Shown here: positions 38,674-48,800 of the stretch, in pieces
How the letters are laid out: each line of letters opens with the position of its first letter
Numbering within the stretch: position 1 is the first letter of the stretch
Source: a virus
Lineage: Duplodnaviria > Caudoviricetes
DNA length: 56,134 bases
Reading direction: 5' to 3' (one strand)
IMG/VR virus record: IMGVR_UViG_3300042923_000318
Coordinates: 1-56,134 of that record
Notes under the pieces: generated by a model
Seen by the model: the letters and a program-made list of their open reading frames with translations, nothing else
Told to the model about the DNA's origin: nothing
Database searches by the model: none
Program-made: the position numbers and the translations under genes

Positions 38674-38698
38674 AGCCTAGAAATAGGCTTTTTATTTT
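38674..38698 (+). terminator. Intrinsic terminator
   Basis: AGCCTA-GAAA-TAGGCT plus T-run. Confidence 0.75.
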
Positions 38699-38774
38699 AC
38701 CATAAACACTTGTAATTATGTACGAATGTAATATAATAGAATTAAGTAATAACGTACAAGGAGAGGATTGAATT

Positions 38775-38966
38775 ATGACATACGGAGAGGTTTACAAATC
38801 ATTTAAGGAGGAAACAGGAATAGATGGAACCCTTATATCTGATTATAGACCATGTTGCAAATTGCATGAAATGCCTAATATTCCAAATGCTATTATTGTT
38901 TGGCTTAAGAGTGGGCATAAAATAGTTTATATCATGAAAAATGAAGTGAATGGAGAGGTAGAATGA
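38775..38966 (+). CDS. Hypothetical protein
   Basis: AAGGAGAGG RBS; operator at 38744-38758 upstream. Confidence 0.6.
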   Translation: MTYGEVYKSFKEETGIDGTLISDYRPCCKLHEMPNIPNAIIVWLKSGHKIVYIMKNEVNGEVE

Positions 38967-39163
38967 ATATACAGGAAGTAGCTAAAGGAATGGAGCAAGG
39001 AAAGTGCTATACATTGCCAGATTGGCAGGGGTTTTATATGTATAACATTCCTGGAGAAAGTGGACTTATTTGCATAAAATCTAAGCATACAGAGGGAATT
39101 GAATATAATTTGCACATAAGTGAATTGTTAACGGAGGAATGGACGGAGGTTGAGGTAAAATGA
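38963..39163 (+). CDS. Hypothetical protein
   Basis: MNIQE..ELLTEEWTEV pattern; coupled ORF. Confidence 0.6.
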   Translation: MNIQEVAKGMEQGKCYTLPDWQGFYMYNIPGESGLICIKSKHTEGIEYNLHISELLTEEWTEVEVK

Positions 39164-39402
39164 GCGATATAGAAAATATTATTTATGCAGTTTTTGATGG
39201 AGAATATGACAATAGAGGCAACGCATTAATCACAACGGATCAAGTCGCAGCTATAAATAAGTTTTTAGAATCTCAAGAAAGTCCTTTTATTGAGGCGTGG
39301 TGCAATAATGAACTCTTAGGGTATTATCCAAATAAATTTACAGACCCTAAAGCTACTTATCAAGATATAGAAAACGGAATAAGAAAAATACTAGAAGGCT
39401 AA
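39160..39402 (+). CDS. Hypothetical protein
   Basis: Coupled ORF followed by terminator. Confidence 0.55.
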   Translation: MSDIENIIYAVFDGEYDNRGNALITTDQVAAINKFLESQESPFIEAWCNNELLGYYPNKFTDPKATYQDIENGIRKILEG

Positions 39403-39415
39403 CCCCTTCTTTTTT

Positions 39416-39533
39416 TATACCCTCATACGCCATTTATAGCCTTACAGTTAAATAAAATAACTTAACAGGCGTATTTACATTCCTTATGTTTAAAATTCAA
39501 CCTAGAGCGTTTAAATGACGTATAGAGGTTATA
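39416..39533. repeat. ~118-bp non-coding element with ~21-bp imperfect terminal inverted repeats
   Basis: TATACCCTCATACGCCATTTA (39416) vs TAAATGACGTATAGAGGTTATA (39512). Confidence 0.5.
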
Positions 39534-39534
39534 G

Positions 39535-39942
39535 CTATTTTTTATCTTTTATTCCTAATGTTTCTTTTAAGGCTAATTGTAAAATAGCAGAAAAATTAAC
39601 TTTTTTCTCAAGCGCGAGATTATCCAACCATCTAGGTATAGTTAAAGTCTTTTTAACTGCTTTATTTAACATTTCATCTCTTACTAATTTCATATAAACT
39701 TCAACAAGCACTGTAAAACAACCTTCATCAAGCTTTAATAACTCTGGAGCAGTTGGGTCGGGAATTTCTTCCCTATCTTCTTCAAAGCAATATAAATGCA
39801 GCTCAAGCGCATCTTTTGCCATTCTTAAAGCCTCTGCAATATCGTCGCCCTCTGTAATGCATCCAGGTAGATCTGGAAAAGTTACAGTATATCCGCCCTC
39901 CTCACAGACTTCAAAAATAGCCGGGAAAATATATCTATCCAT
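39535..39942 (-). CDS. hicB: HicB-family antitoxin, orphan
   Basis: YIFPAIF..YTVTFPDLPGCITEGD..AKDALEL..KKTLTIPRWL..VNFS.ILQ.AL; promoter TTGACA-17-TATAAT at 39993-39965 leaves no room for hicA. Confidence 0.92.
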   Translation of the reverse strand: MDRYIFPAIFEVCEEGGYTVTFPDLPGCITEGDDIAEALRMAKDALELHLYCFEEDREEIPDPTAPELLKLDEGCFTVLVEVYMKLVRDEMLNKAVKKTLTIPRWLDNLALEKKVNFSAILQLALKETLGIKDKK

Positions 39943-40088
39943 TCAAACACTTCCTTTCCATTGTATTATATACGTATAATAAAGGCGTGTCAATGTTTAA
40001 AGGTGTACGTAATAAGTTAATAAATATGTACGATATTGGTTGAATGTTAACAAATATTATGATACAATAATATTACGGAGGTGAACAA

Positions 40089-40238
40089 ATGCTTGTTAAA
40101 ATTATCAGTGTGCAAGAAACTGGGAGGAATACTTTTTTTAATATTCCTAAAGAGGTTAAAGAAGAATTAAACATTAAAAAAGGCGACAAATTACTTGTTA
40201 AACTTGAGGATGGAAGGATTATATTAGAAAAGTGTTAG
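40089..40238 (+). CDS. AbrB/MazE-family DNA-binding protein, 49 aa (not in ORF track)
   Basis: GGAGGTG RBS; NIPKEVKEELNIKKGDKLLVKLEDGRIILEK. Confidence 0.8.
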   Translation: MLVKIISVQETGRNTFFNIPKEVKEELNIKKGDKLLVKLEDGRIILEKC

Positions 40239-40798
40239 GAGGAATGCAGGTGCAATATATAAATATTTTAAATATTATGCAACATTTTGTGTTATTGCCA
40301 GAAACTGAATATATTTATTCTGACGGAATAGCATTAGATAAAGACGAATGCCAAGATTTAATAGAAAAATTAAAAAAACAAATGGAGCTAGACCAAGAAG
40401 AAATAAAAATGCTAAAAAGATACAAATCTATTGAATATAGTTATAGCTCTTTTGTCCACAGATGTGAAAAGCCTAGAGAGGGAGAAGTATACTTTGCAAA
40501 ATTAAAAAATGGTTTGATAAAAATAGGTTGCTCAAAAGACACTTTGAATAGGCTTAAAGCATTAAAAAAAGAATTTGGAGAAATTAAACTGCTAAAATCA
40601 ATAAAGGTTTCTAACATGTATCACTTTGAATCTTTAGTGCACTTTGTGTTTGATAAATATAGAAAAGAGAGAGAATTATTTGATTTATCCTATATAAAAA
40701 ACGAGAAAATTTTAGAGAAATTATATAACATGCTTGAAACTAATGTTGATAAAAAAGATTATTTATTATTTATGATCCAAAACGATTTGGATATTTAG
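40232..40798 (+). CDS. T5orf172/GIY-YIG domain protein
   Basis: GEVYF..IKIGCS..RL..L..E..VH..F..R..RELF. Confidence 0.75.
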   Translation: MLGGMQVQYINILNIMQHFVLLPETEYIYSDGIALDKDECQDLIEKLKKQMELDQEEIKMLKRYKSIEYSYSSFVHRCEKPREGEVYFAKLKNGLIKIGCSKDTLNRLKALKKEFGEIKLLKSIKVSNMYHFESLVHFVFDKYRKERELFDLSYIKNEKILEKLYNMLETNVDKKDYLLFMIQNDLDI

Positions 40799-40808
40799 GT
40801 GAAACGAA

Positions 40809-41504
40809 TTGACCAGAGAGTTTAAAGGCGTATGGATTCCTAAAGAAATTTGGTTAACAAAGAAATTAACCTTGCAAGAAAAAGTGTTTTTAGTTGAAAT
40901 AGATAGTCTAAATAATGAAAATGGTTGCTATGCAAGCAATGATTATTTTTCAGAGTTCTTTGGATTATCTAAGAATAGATGCTCTGAAATAATAAATTCG
41001 TTAGCTGCTAAGCAATTTATAACTATAAGCTATATTTGGGGAGCTAAAAAGAATATTGAAAAAAGAATTTTAAAAATCAAAGAAAAAGAAACTGACCCTA
41101 TTCGGAAAATCGAACAGGGGTATTCGGAAAACCGACTGGGGGTAATCGAAAAGTCGAAGGATAATAATATAATTATAAGTAATACAATTATTAATAATAA
41201 ACACTTACATATTCTTTCAGAATACGTGTTTACGCATGATATAAAATCATATATAACTATATATTTAAAAGTTAGAGCTTACTATAGAAACAAAGAACAT
41301 AAAAAGATAAACAATATAAATATCAGTTATATAGAAAGTGTTATTAATAGCTTAATAGAAAAAGAAATAAGCTTAAAGAAATTCGAAGATGCTGCTTACG
41401 AGTATTTTGAAAAGCTAAAGAAAAGTAATGACGGTGATATAGTTTGTTTCTTAAAAGCTAGCCAAAAAAGATTATTTGATTTGAACTGGGATGAAATAAT
41501 ATAA
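40809..41504 (+). CDS. Second replication-initiator-like wHTH protein with internal 22-bp-period repeats
   Basis: FKGVWIPKEIWL..LTLQEK..EIDSL..CYASNDYF N-terminus; repeats at 41099/41121/41143. Confidence 0.7.
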   Translation: MTREFKGVWIPKEIWLTKKLTLQEKVFLVEIDSLNNENGCYASNDYFSEFFGLSKNRCSEIINSLAAKQFITISYIWGAKKNIEKRILKIKEKETDPIRKIEQGYSENRLGVIEKSKDNNIIISNTIINNKHLHILSEYVFTHDIKSYITIYLKVRAYYRNKEHKKINNINISYIESVINSLIEKEISLKKFEDAAYEYFEKLKKSNDGDIVCFLKASQKRLFDLNWDEII

Positions 41505-41519
41505 AGTAGAGGTGTAAAG

Positions 41520-41762
41520 ATGACTGTAGATATTAAAAGAATGTATGAAGTTAAAACAAAAGAAAAGAAAGTTGTTGTATCAGAAGATGATATATTGAAC
41601 TTTCTTTATACTGACAGAGATATAAAGAGAAGTGTTGTAGGAAGATTACTTGGATATAACGACGGTTATTTTAAATTAGACACAAGTCTAAATTATAGAA
41701 AAAGTGAAGAAAAAATATTTTACTTAAATATTACTGATATCAATATTATTGAAAAGAATTGA
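41520..41762 (+). CDS. Hypothetical protein
   Basis: AGAGGTG RBS. Confidence 0.55.
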   Translation: MTVDIKRMYEVKTKEKKVVVSEDDILNFLYTDRDIKRSVVGRLLGYNDGYFKLDTSLNYRKSEEKIFYLNITDINIIEKN

Positions 41763-41946
41763 GGAGGAATATGCGGAATGGATGATTATAAAATACTATG
41801 TTCTACCAAAAGAACTGAATACTATATATCTAAAAACGGTATGCTTGCAAGAAAAACTAAAAACACATTTAAGGAACTTGGGTATATAGAAGATAATATG
41901 AGCTTATATAAAAAGCTATGCGAATCAATTTAGAGGAGTTGATAAA

Positions 41947-42228
41947 GTGGATGATATAAAAGAACTTCCTAGTAAATACGATTTAAAAGACTTTATACCA
42001 GTAAGATTAAACGAAGCTATTATTGCAAGAGGTTACGCCAGGAACGAAGTAGCAGAGGCGGCAGAGATAACAACAAAGCAGCTATGTGACATTTTGATGC
42101 AGGGCAAAGGTATAACGTTGGCTTTAGTAATAGAGTTTTCAACTATACTTGATTTTCCAGTTAGATATTTCTTTAAACCTTTGCCGCCGCGTTCGATATA
42201 CGTTGATAGCATAACGTTTGATTTATAA
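41947..42228 (+). CDS. Xre-like HTH protein
   Basis: FIPVRL.EA..ARG....VAE..I..ILDFP.RYFFK. Confidence 0.65.
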   Translation: MDDIKELPSKYDLKDFIPVRLNEAIIARGYARNEVAEAAEITTKQLCDILMQGKGITLALVIEFSTILDFPVRYFFKPLPPRSIYVDSITFDL

Positions 42229-42588
42229 AATGGAGGTTAACAGATGAATAAAAAAGATTTCTTTTGTATACTATTAGCGATTGCTATAACGATGATGATA
42301 TTTATTATGAGCAACTTTGGTTTTATCGGTTGGCTTATAATATTATCCTGGGTATTTGGGTTTATTTATATAATTTATGAGCAAAGTTTAGGAGGGGAAG
42401 AATGAATATTTTAGCTATTTTTGTAATCATGCTCTATGCAATGACAGGTGTTTGTATATCAATTAAGCTGTTTAAAAAGCCAATAGGGAAAATCATAATG
42501 TCATTTTACTTTGCTATATTTTGGCTGCCACAAGCATTATCAACATATGTTGTTAGAAAATTAGATTTATAGTGTACTAAACATAAAT

Positions 42589-42616
42589 TTATCGAAATTC
42601 GCTAAGATAGCGACTA
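42589..42616 (+). repeat. 28-bp cassette-boundary site (TTATCGAAATT CGCTAA GATAGCGACTA)
   Basis: Matches the family; directly before RBS of 42630..43181; partner site not evident. Confidence 0.45.
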
Positions 42617-42629
42617 AAGGAGAAGTGTT

Positions 42630-43181
42630 ATGAAAACATTAGCTTATTGCTTTTCGTGCAATTTAGAGCATGATATAACTGAAATTGGAGCAAAACAGAA
42701 AGGAGTTAAATGCGAGTGTGGAGGTTATATTATATCTCCGTCTGGAAAAATAAACATGAAGTTAATTCCAGAGAACAATGAAGATGAAAAACTATTAGGA
42801 TTTACAACACTAGAAGCTAAAAAAGATGAAATTTTCCCTAAAGTGTTTAAAATGGATGATTGTTCATGGGTTTGCGCTATGGACGCAGAAAAAGCCGTTG
42901 ATTGGTACATTGAAACTACTGGATTAGATGAAGACGATTTGCAAGTAAAAGAATGCGATATAGATAAAGATACAATGTATTCAGAAACGACAATTTCTGA
43001 AATAATAGAACAACTTGAAAACATGAGCAATCACGACGAAACAAGTCTTTTAATAACAAGAAGAGGTGGGGAATTATTTGTAAAAGAATCTTTTAGAACA
43101 GTTATTAATTGCATGATTAACAGCTATGGTATTGAGTCAGTTGTAAAAGAGCCTTTTGAAATATGTTCTACTGAATGGTAA
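42630..43181 (+). CDS. Hypothetical protein with N-terminal zinc ribbon
   Basis: CFSC..CECGG; ends ICSTEW. Confidence 0.6.
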   Translation: MKTLAYCFSCNLEHDITEIGAKQKGVKCECGGYIISPSGKINMKLIPENNEDEKLLGFTTLEAKKDEIFPKVFKMDDCSWVCAMDAEKAVDWYIETTGLDEDDLQVKECDIDKDTMYSETTISEIIEQLENMSNHDETSLLITRRGGELFVKESFRTVINCMINSYGIESVVKEPFEICSTEW

Positions 43182-43192
43182 GAGGTGGATTA

Positions 43193-43369
43193 ATGCCGAC
43201 CGAGGATTATAAAGAAGCATCTTACACTATAGAGATAGATTGGAAAGGTGGCACAGTATGGCTTAACAATCATATCTCTAAAGAAAAACTGGTTATTTCA
43301 GAAAGGGATGCAGAATATATAAGCGATTGTTTTAAAAGTATTGAAGCTAAGAAAAATGGTGAATGGTAA
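43193..43369 (+). CDS. Hypothetical protein
   Basis: ATG after AGAGGTG. Confidence 0.5.
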   Translation: MPTEDYKEASYTIEIDWKGGTVWLNNHISKEKLVISERDAEYISDCFKSIEAKKNGEW

Positions 43370-43633
43370 TCATCAACTTGAGAAAAAACTATAAAAGCGC
43401 AAACCCTGCAAACCCTGTATAATTAGCGTATATAGGGTTTTATTCTTTGATAAGGAAGTGGGATTTATGGATTTATTTAAACAAAGAAATGCATTTAAAG
43501 CAACATCATATGATCATAACGCTTCAAATGTTGTAACGTTAAGGAATAGATCAAGTTTATCAAAAATGTTAAATAGATATTCAAGAAGGAAACTGAAACA
43601 AGAACTGAAATTTGAAGTAAAGGAAGTGAGTTA

Positions 43634-44932
43634 ATGAACTTTAAGAATATATTTGAGTTGAAAGCTTTAGAGAAAAAACAAAATGTTATTTTAACCAAAA
43701 TAGTTGAGCTGAACGGTGGTAAGTCGGCACAATATATAAAGTCTAATTATGAATCTATAGCAAAAGAGGGGTATTCGGGTAATTATATAATAGGCAGATG
43801 CATAAATGAAATTGTAAGAGCTGCAGTGCAATTAGATTGGAAAGTCATGAGGTACAATAAAGATAATAAGCCAGAGGAAATTCCAAATCATCCAGCAGTG
43901 CAGATTATGGAGAAACCTAATCCAACAACAACAGAGGCAGAATTAGTAAAAAGAGCAATCATCTATTATTATCTTGCTGGTGATGCTCCTTTTGTAAAAA
44001 TAACAGCAGGAAATAGGGTAAAGGAATTATATGTACATAACCCCAGGAAAATAAGCGTTGAGCTTACTGGGAATGTAGAGGAACCTTATCAAGGCATAAG
44101 ATATAATGGACAGATTCAGAAAGATATAGAATCTAAGAATTTTACATTATGGAAAAACTTTGACCCTTTATGTGCTTTTGATGGATTAGGGAGAGGGATT
44201 TCGCCTTTGGAACCCATATTAAAAAACGGTGATCTTTTGAATTTATATCTTGAGTGGGGTAATTCTTTATTAAACAACGGTGGCAGCTTAAGTGGAATAG
44301 TAGCAATAGAGGAAACATTACAAGACCCCGAATATGAAAGAGCAAAAGCAGAACTTAAAAATGAACATCAAGGAGCTGGAAACGTAGGTAAATTTTTATT
44401 ACTGGAAGGTGGAGCAAAGTATTATTCAACTGGTAGCAATCCACGCGATATGCAGTGGGTGGAGGGTAAAAACAGTACAGCAGTCGACATAATGGTAGGT
44501 ATAGGAGTTGATCCTCTCATACTTGGGTTTAACGAGCATAGCAGCTATAATAATAAAAACGAAGCATATAAAGCGCTGTATACTAATTTAGTTATTCCAC
44601 TAATGAGAAGTTTAGCGGATGAACTTGGACCATTCTTAGGATTATTAGAAAACGAATATCTAGATATAGACTATAGTAAAATACCATGTCTCCAGGAGGA
44701 TATAAAAGAGTTAACCGACAGATTACAGAAAGCAGATGACCTAACCATTAACGAAAAAAGGCAAGCCAGAGGACTGGACCCATTGCCTGGCGGCGACATA
44801 ATCGTAAACAATAACTTTATACTCAAAGACGGCAAATTGTATAAGCCAGTTAGTTTACAAGATATTGACATAGATAGCGAACCCCAGGACGAAAACTTAC
44901 TACAAGATGATGCAAAATCTTTAATATATTGA
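43634..44932 (+). CDS. Portal protein (HK97 family)
   Basis: HP...MEKPNP, GRGISPL, GAGNVGKFLLLEGG, LTINEKR..GLDPLPGGD. Confidence 0.95.
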   Translation: MNFKNIFELKALEKKQNVILTKIVELNGGKSAQYIKSNYESIAKEGYSGNYIIGRCINEIVRAAVQLDWKVMRYNKDNKPEEIPNHPAVQIMEKPNPTTTEAELVKRAIIYYYLAGDAPFVKITAGNRVKELYVHNPRKISVELTGNVEEPYQGIRYNGQIQKDIESKNFTLWKNFDPLCAFDGLGRGISPLEPILKNGDLLNLYLEWGNSLLNNGGSLSGIVAIEETLQDPEYERAKAELKNEHQGAGNVGKFLLLEGGAKYYSTGSNPRDMQWVEGKNSTAVDIMVGIGVDPLILGFNEHSSYNNKNEAYKALYTNLVIPLMRSLADELGPFLGLLENEYLDIDYSKIPCLQEDIKELTDRLQKADDLTINEKRQARGLDPLPGGDIIVNNNFILKDGKLYKPVSLQDIDIDSEPQDENLLQDDAKSLIY

Positions 44933-44936
44933 GTAG

Positions 44937-45752
44937 GTGGTCAAAGTGGCTGCTAAAAAATCAGATAAAGTATTACTGAAAACATATGACAGCATTATAC
45001 GCCCTTTAGAGCGGTTATTTGAGAGGGTAACACTAAAGGTGCTAAGACAGCAAAATAAACGCATGGCGAACGCATTAAGGCGGTTCATGAGCGAGAAAAA
45101 AGAGGATAACAATATAACCGAAGAAGAAGCGGAAAAACAAGCTGAAAAAATAGCAAGTAACTTTTACGACTTTGATAAAGATGTTACAGTTATTTTAAGT
45201 ATATTGATACCAATTTATTTACAAGCTGGAGAACTGGGAAATGTGCAATTTAACACTATACAATTCGGAATACAAGCTACAGCGGATAAAGGTGTATTAT
45301 TTGCAATAATAAGGGACGACTATTTAACTTGGCTCCAAGAATACGGCGGCAATAAGATAGTTCAGATAAATGAAACTACTAAAGAAATTACTAAGCGAAT
45401 AATCAAAGAGGGTTTATTGAATGGTGATGGCGTAGAGGCTATAGCAAAGAATTTAAGCGATAAGATAGAGGAATATTCTTTATTTAGAGCTAGAAGAATT
45501 GCACTTACTGAAATGCACAACAGTTACATGAGAGGTAATTTTATAAGCGCGGAGGCAAGCGGATTTAAATATAAGAAGTGGATAAGTTCGAAAGATAGCC
45601 ATGTACGTTCTTCACATCAACAATTGAACGGGAAAATAGTTAAGATAAATGAGGACTTTAAGCCTAATCTTGGATATCCTGGAGACTCAAGAGGAATTGC
45701 AAAGGAAGTTATAAATTGCAGATGCATTTTAACTTATACAGATAAAAAATAG
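44937..45752 (+). CDS. Head morphogenesis protein (SPP1 gp7/Mu gpF family)
   Basis: RARRIALTE..KKWISSKD.HVR.SH..YPGD..EVINCRC. Confidence 0.9.
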   Translation: MVKVAAKKSDKVLLKTYDSIIRPLERLFERVTLKVLRQQNKRMANALRRFMSEKKEDNNITEEEAEKQAEKIASNFYDFDKDVTVILSILIPIYLQAGELGNVQFNTIQFGIQATADKGVLFAIIRDDYLTWLQEYGGNKIVQINETTKEITKRIIKEGLLNGDGVEAIAKNLSDKIEEYSLFRARRIALTEMHNSYMRGNFISAEASGFKYKKWISSKDSHVRSSHQQLNGKIVKINEDFKPNLGYPGDSRGIAKEVINCRCILTYTDKK

Positions 45753-45833
45753 TAGCAGTATTAATTTACTGCTTTTTTACGCCCTTTTTCTATATGCGGT
45801 ATAATTAAAATATAGCATAAAGGAGTTGATAGA

Positions 45834-48800
45834 ATGGCACAACCATATGAATTTACACTTGATTATAAGATATTCAAAGGTTATCCAGTGATGATATATA
45901 CCAAAGGTGATGCAGAGGCTACACCGATGATCATAACCTTAACCGATAGAAATATAGCAGAAAATTTAACTAATAAATACGTAACGGTAACCATAAAACG
46001 ACCCGACAATCAATCGTTTGTTTATATTGCAAATATTGTAGCTCAAAATAAAATAAGCTTTACGCCTAATCTACAAGCTTTAAATACACAGGGCATAGTC
46101 TTAGCTAACATACAAGTCTATGAGGGCAATATAAGGGTTTCAACGACTAGATTCCAATATCTTGTAGCAGGTGAATTGATAAATGGCGAACTTGTGGAAG
46201 ATGACAGTAATTTTCCAGTGCTGACTAATTTAATTGATGACGTAAATAAGGCTAAAGAGGGCATTGGAGTTATAGGAAGTTTAAGCGAGGATTTAACTGA
46301 AAAGATAGAAGAAGCCGAAACAATTGATGGAACTTTAGCAAGCAGGATTTCAACTGGTAATACTCTTAAAAATAGCTTGGATGCTGACATTGCAACAGGA
46401 AGCACATTGCATACTAATTTAAACGCAGATATAGCTGCAGCTAATACCGCAAAATCTAATCTAGACGGAAGTATTACAACAGCAGGAACAACAAAAAGCG
46501 AGCTTGATGCAAGCAATACAACTGCTAATACTACTAAAACCGCACTGGAAAATACTATAAGTGATGCAGATACAGCAAAAGAAGATTTGCAAATTGTTAT
46601 TGCTACAGCGGATACTACTACTTATGCCACTAAGGGAGAGATAAATGATGTTAATTCGCAATTGGCAGAAAAGGCGAATCAATCTTATACCGACAACCAA
46701 TTAGCATTAAAAAGAGATAAATCTGTACCAATGGAGTTAGAGGATTTCTCTGCCACTGTGTTAGGAGCGATTGATGGAACGGGAGGCCCCTTCAATTTAT
46801 TGTCCATACCTCAAGACAGCTCTGTAACTCCCGAAAAAACCACTTATTTAACAGTTGGGAGAAATAAATTTAATAAGTACAGAATGTTATTAGGTAACTT
46901 GATAAATACAACAGGCGGACTTACTGTTAGTTCTGGTTATGCTACAACACTAGACTATATTCCAGTAAAAGCTGGCGAGGTTTGGACATTTAAACGGGTA
47001 AGATATATTGCCTTTTATGATAGTGATAAAGTTTTTATAAATAGGATAGATAGAGCCGGATCTTCAGCAGAAAACACAGAAACCATTGCAAATGATGGTT
47101 TTGTTAGAATAACAACATACAACGGAACAAGTTCAAATTTTTGGATTGAATTAGCATATATGGCAAAAGAGAATTCTTATTCAGGATATGAATCATATAA
47201 AATGGGTTCCGCAAGTTTAGAAGTTGATAATTCAAATTTAAAAAATTCAAATATAAATGCTGAAAAGTTAGCTGGTGATATACCGGCTGAAAAAGTTTCT
47301 TTCGTGTTAATAGGTATAAATAAAACTAACAAGATAAAGCACTCTTTGGGATACATTGTGTCTGAAACAGATGGAAACATTACAGTCAATGCTTCGTATA
47401 ATACTACGGAATATATTCCGGTAAAAGCAGGAATAACCTATGTGGCTAATTACCCAAGAAAGATTGCTTTATATGACAATAATAAACTTTTTCTTAGTGG
47501 TATAGACGTCCCAATTATAATTGCTACGACATTTACTCCCAGTGTAGACGGATTTGTTCGAATAGCTTACAGTAGTTCAAGAAGTGATTTTCAAATCGAA
47601 ATTGGTTCTACACCAACCAGTTATGTACCATATAGTTATGTAATGGACAATTTAGAATTTAACAACGATCAAAAACAAAAAATTAAAGAATTTATTGCAT
47701 TAAAAATATATAAAGTTGGAAATCTGTATAAAATAAGAAGTGTTTTTGATGATGTTAACGACATGGTTATTGAAGTTTCTTCTAATGGCTCATTAAATGG
47801 TTCGTTTAGATTCGAAAGAAGTTATTTAATCCCCGTAAGTTCAGAAAATTTTAGTAACATAGAAGTCTTTCATCCAAACAGTCAAGATGATATTACACCA
47901 ATTAGAACATTTTATACGGTTGGAGCCAATCACGGATATGCATCACTTCAAATTAATGCTACGGGTTATACCAGTGCGGACTTAGGAAGCACATGGACAG
48001 ACGGATCAACGATATTCACCATGGTAAAAACAACCAGTACTTATGTTCAATTTGTATCAGAATATATCGTTGATGGTAATGGAATAGTTAGCGCAAAATC
48101 AATAGTTCCAATTGCTAATTTAACCCACGTTAGTGGAGCAACAAACACAACAGCTATTCCAATTTCAGGATATACAACACCAAATTTGTTTCCATCAATC
48201 AATAATAAAAGTGTTAAATTTGTGTTGGATGGTAAAGAAATTATAGCAGATGGTACTTATTATGGAATAGACCTGCAAGTACAAGAGTCTTATAACGTTA
48301 TGGACTATAAATCACTTATTGATTATGCACAGTCTCATATTGGAACAAGCTATGAGAACAACAGCGTTGAAGGCGTTGTGAGGCTATCTATTAATTATAA
48401 TTTTAAAGAAAAGGGTTCAGTATTGATTAATCACAATATTAGAATTTTGAAAAAAGTATCAATGGGAGACTGTGGTTTTGTGCAATATTTTCCAATTGGT
48501 CTGAGTGGACATATTTTGACTAGATACTTACCTAACTCATTAACCAATGGTGGATATAATTTTAAAAACATAGTTGATATGACAAGTTATTCGTCAAATT
48601 TAATTTTTACATCGGCTTACTATGAGAACTCAAACATTCCACCTCATAGAAATATAGATTGGGCGGTCAATTCTTCAACATCGGTTAAAAAAGTTGGATT
48701 TGCTTTTGGATATTTGCCTGATAAATCAAGTGGTAAACATGCACAACGATTAATAAATACTCCCAGAGCTTGGGACATGAGGGGTACAAAAAAATCTTAT

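Noticed and set aside
43172-43369. TGAATGGTAA 10-bp direct repeat ending two adjacent ORFs
   Set aside because: Could mark a microhomology insertion but too short to distinguish from chance
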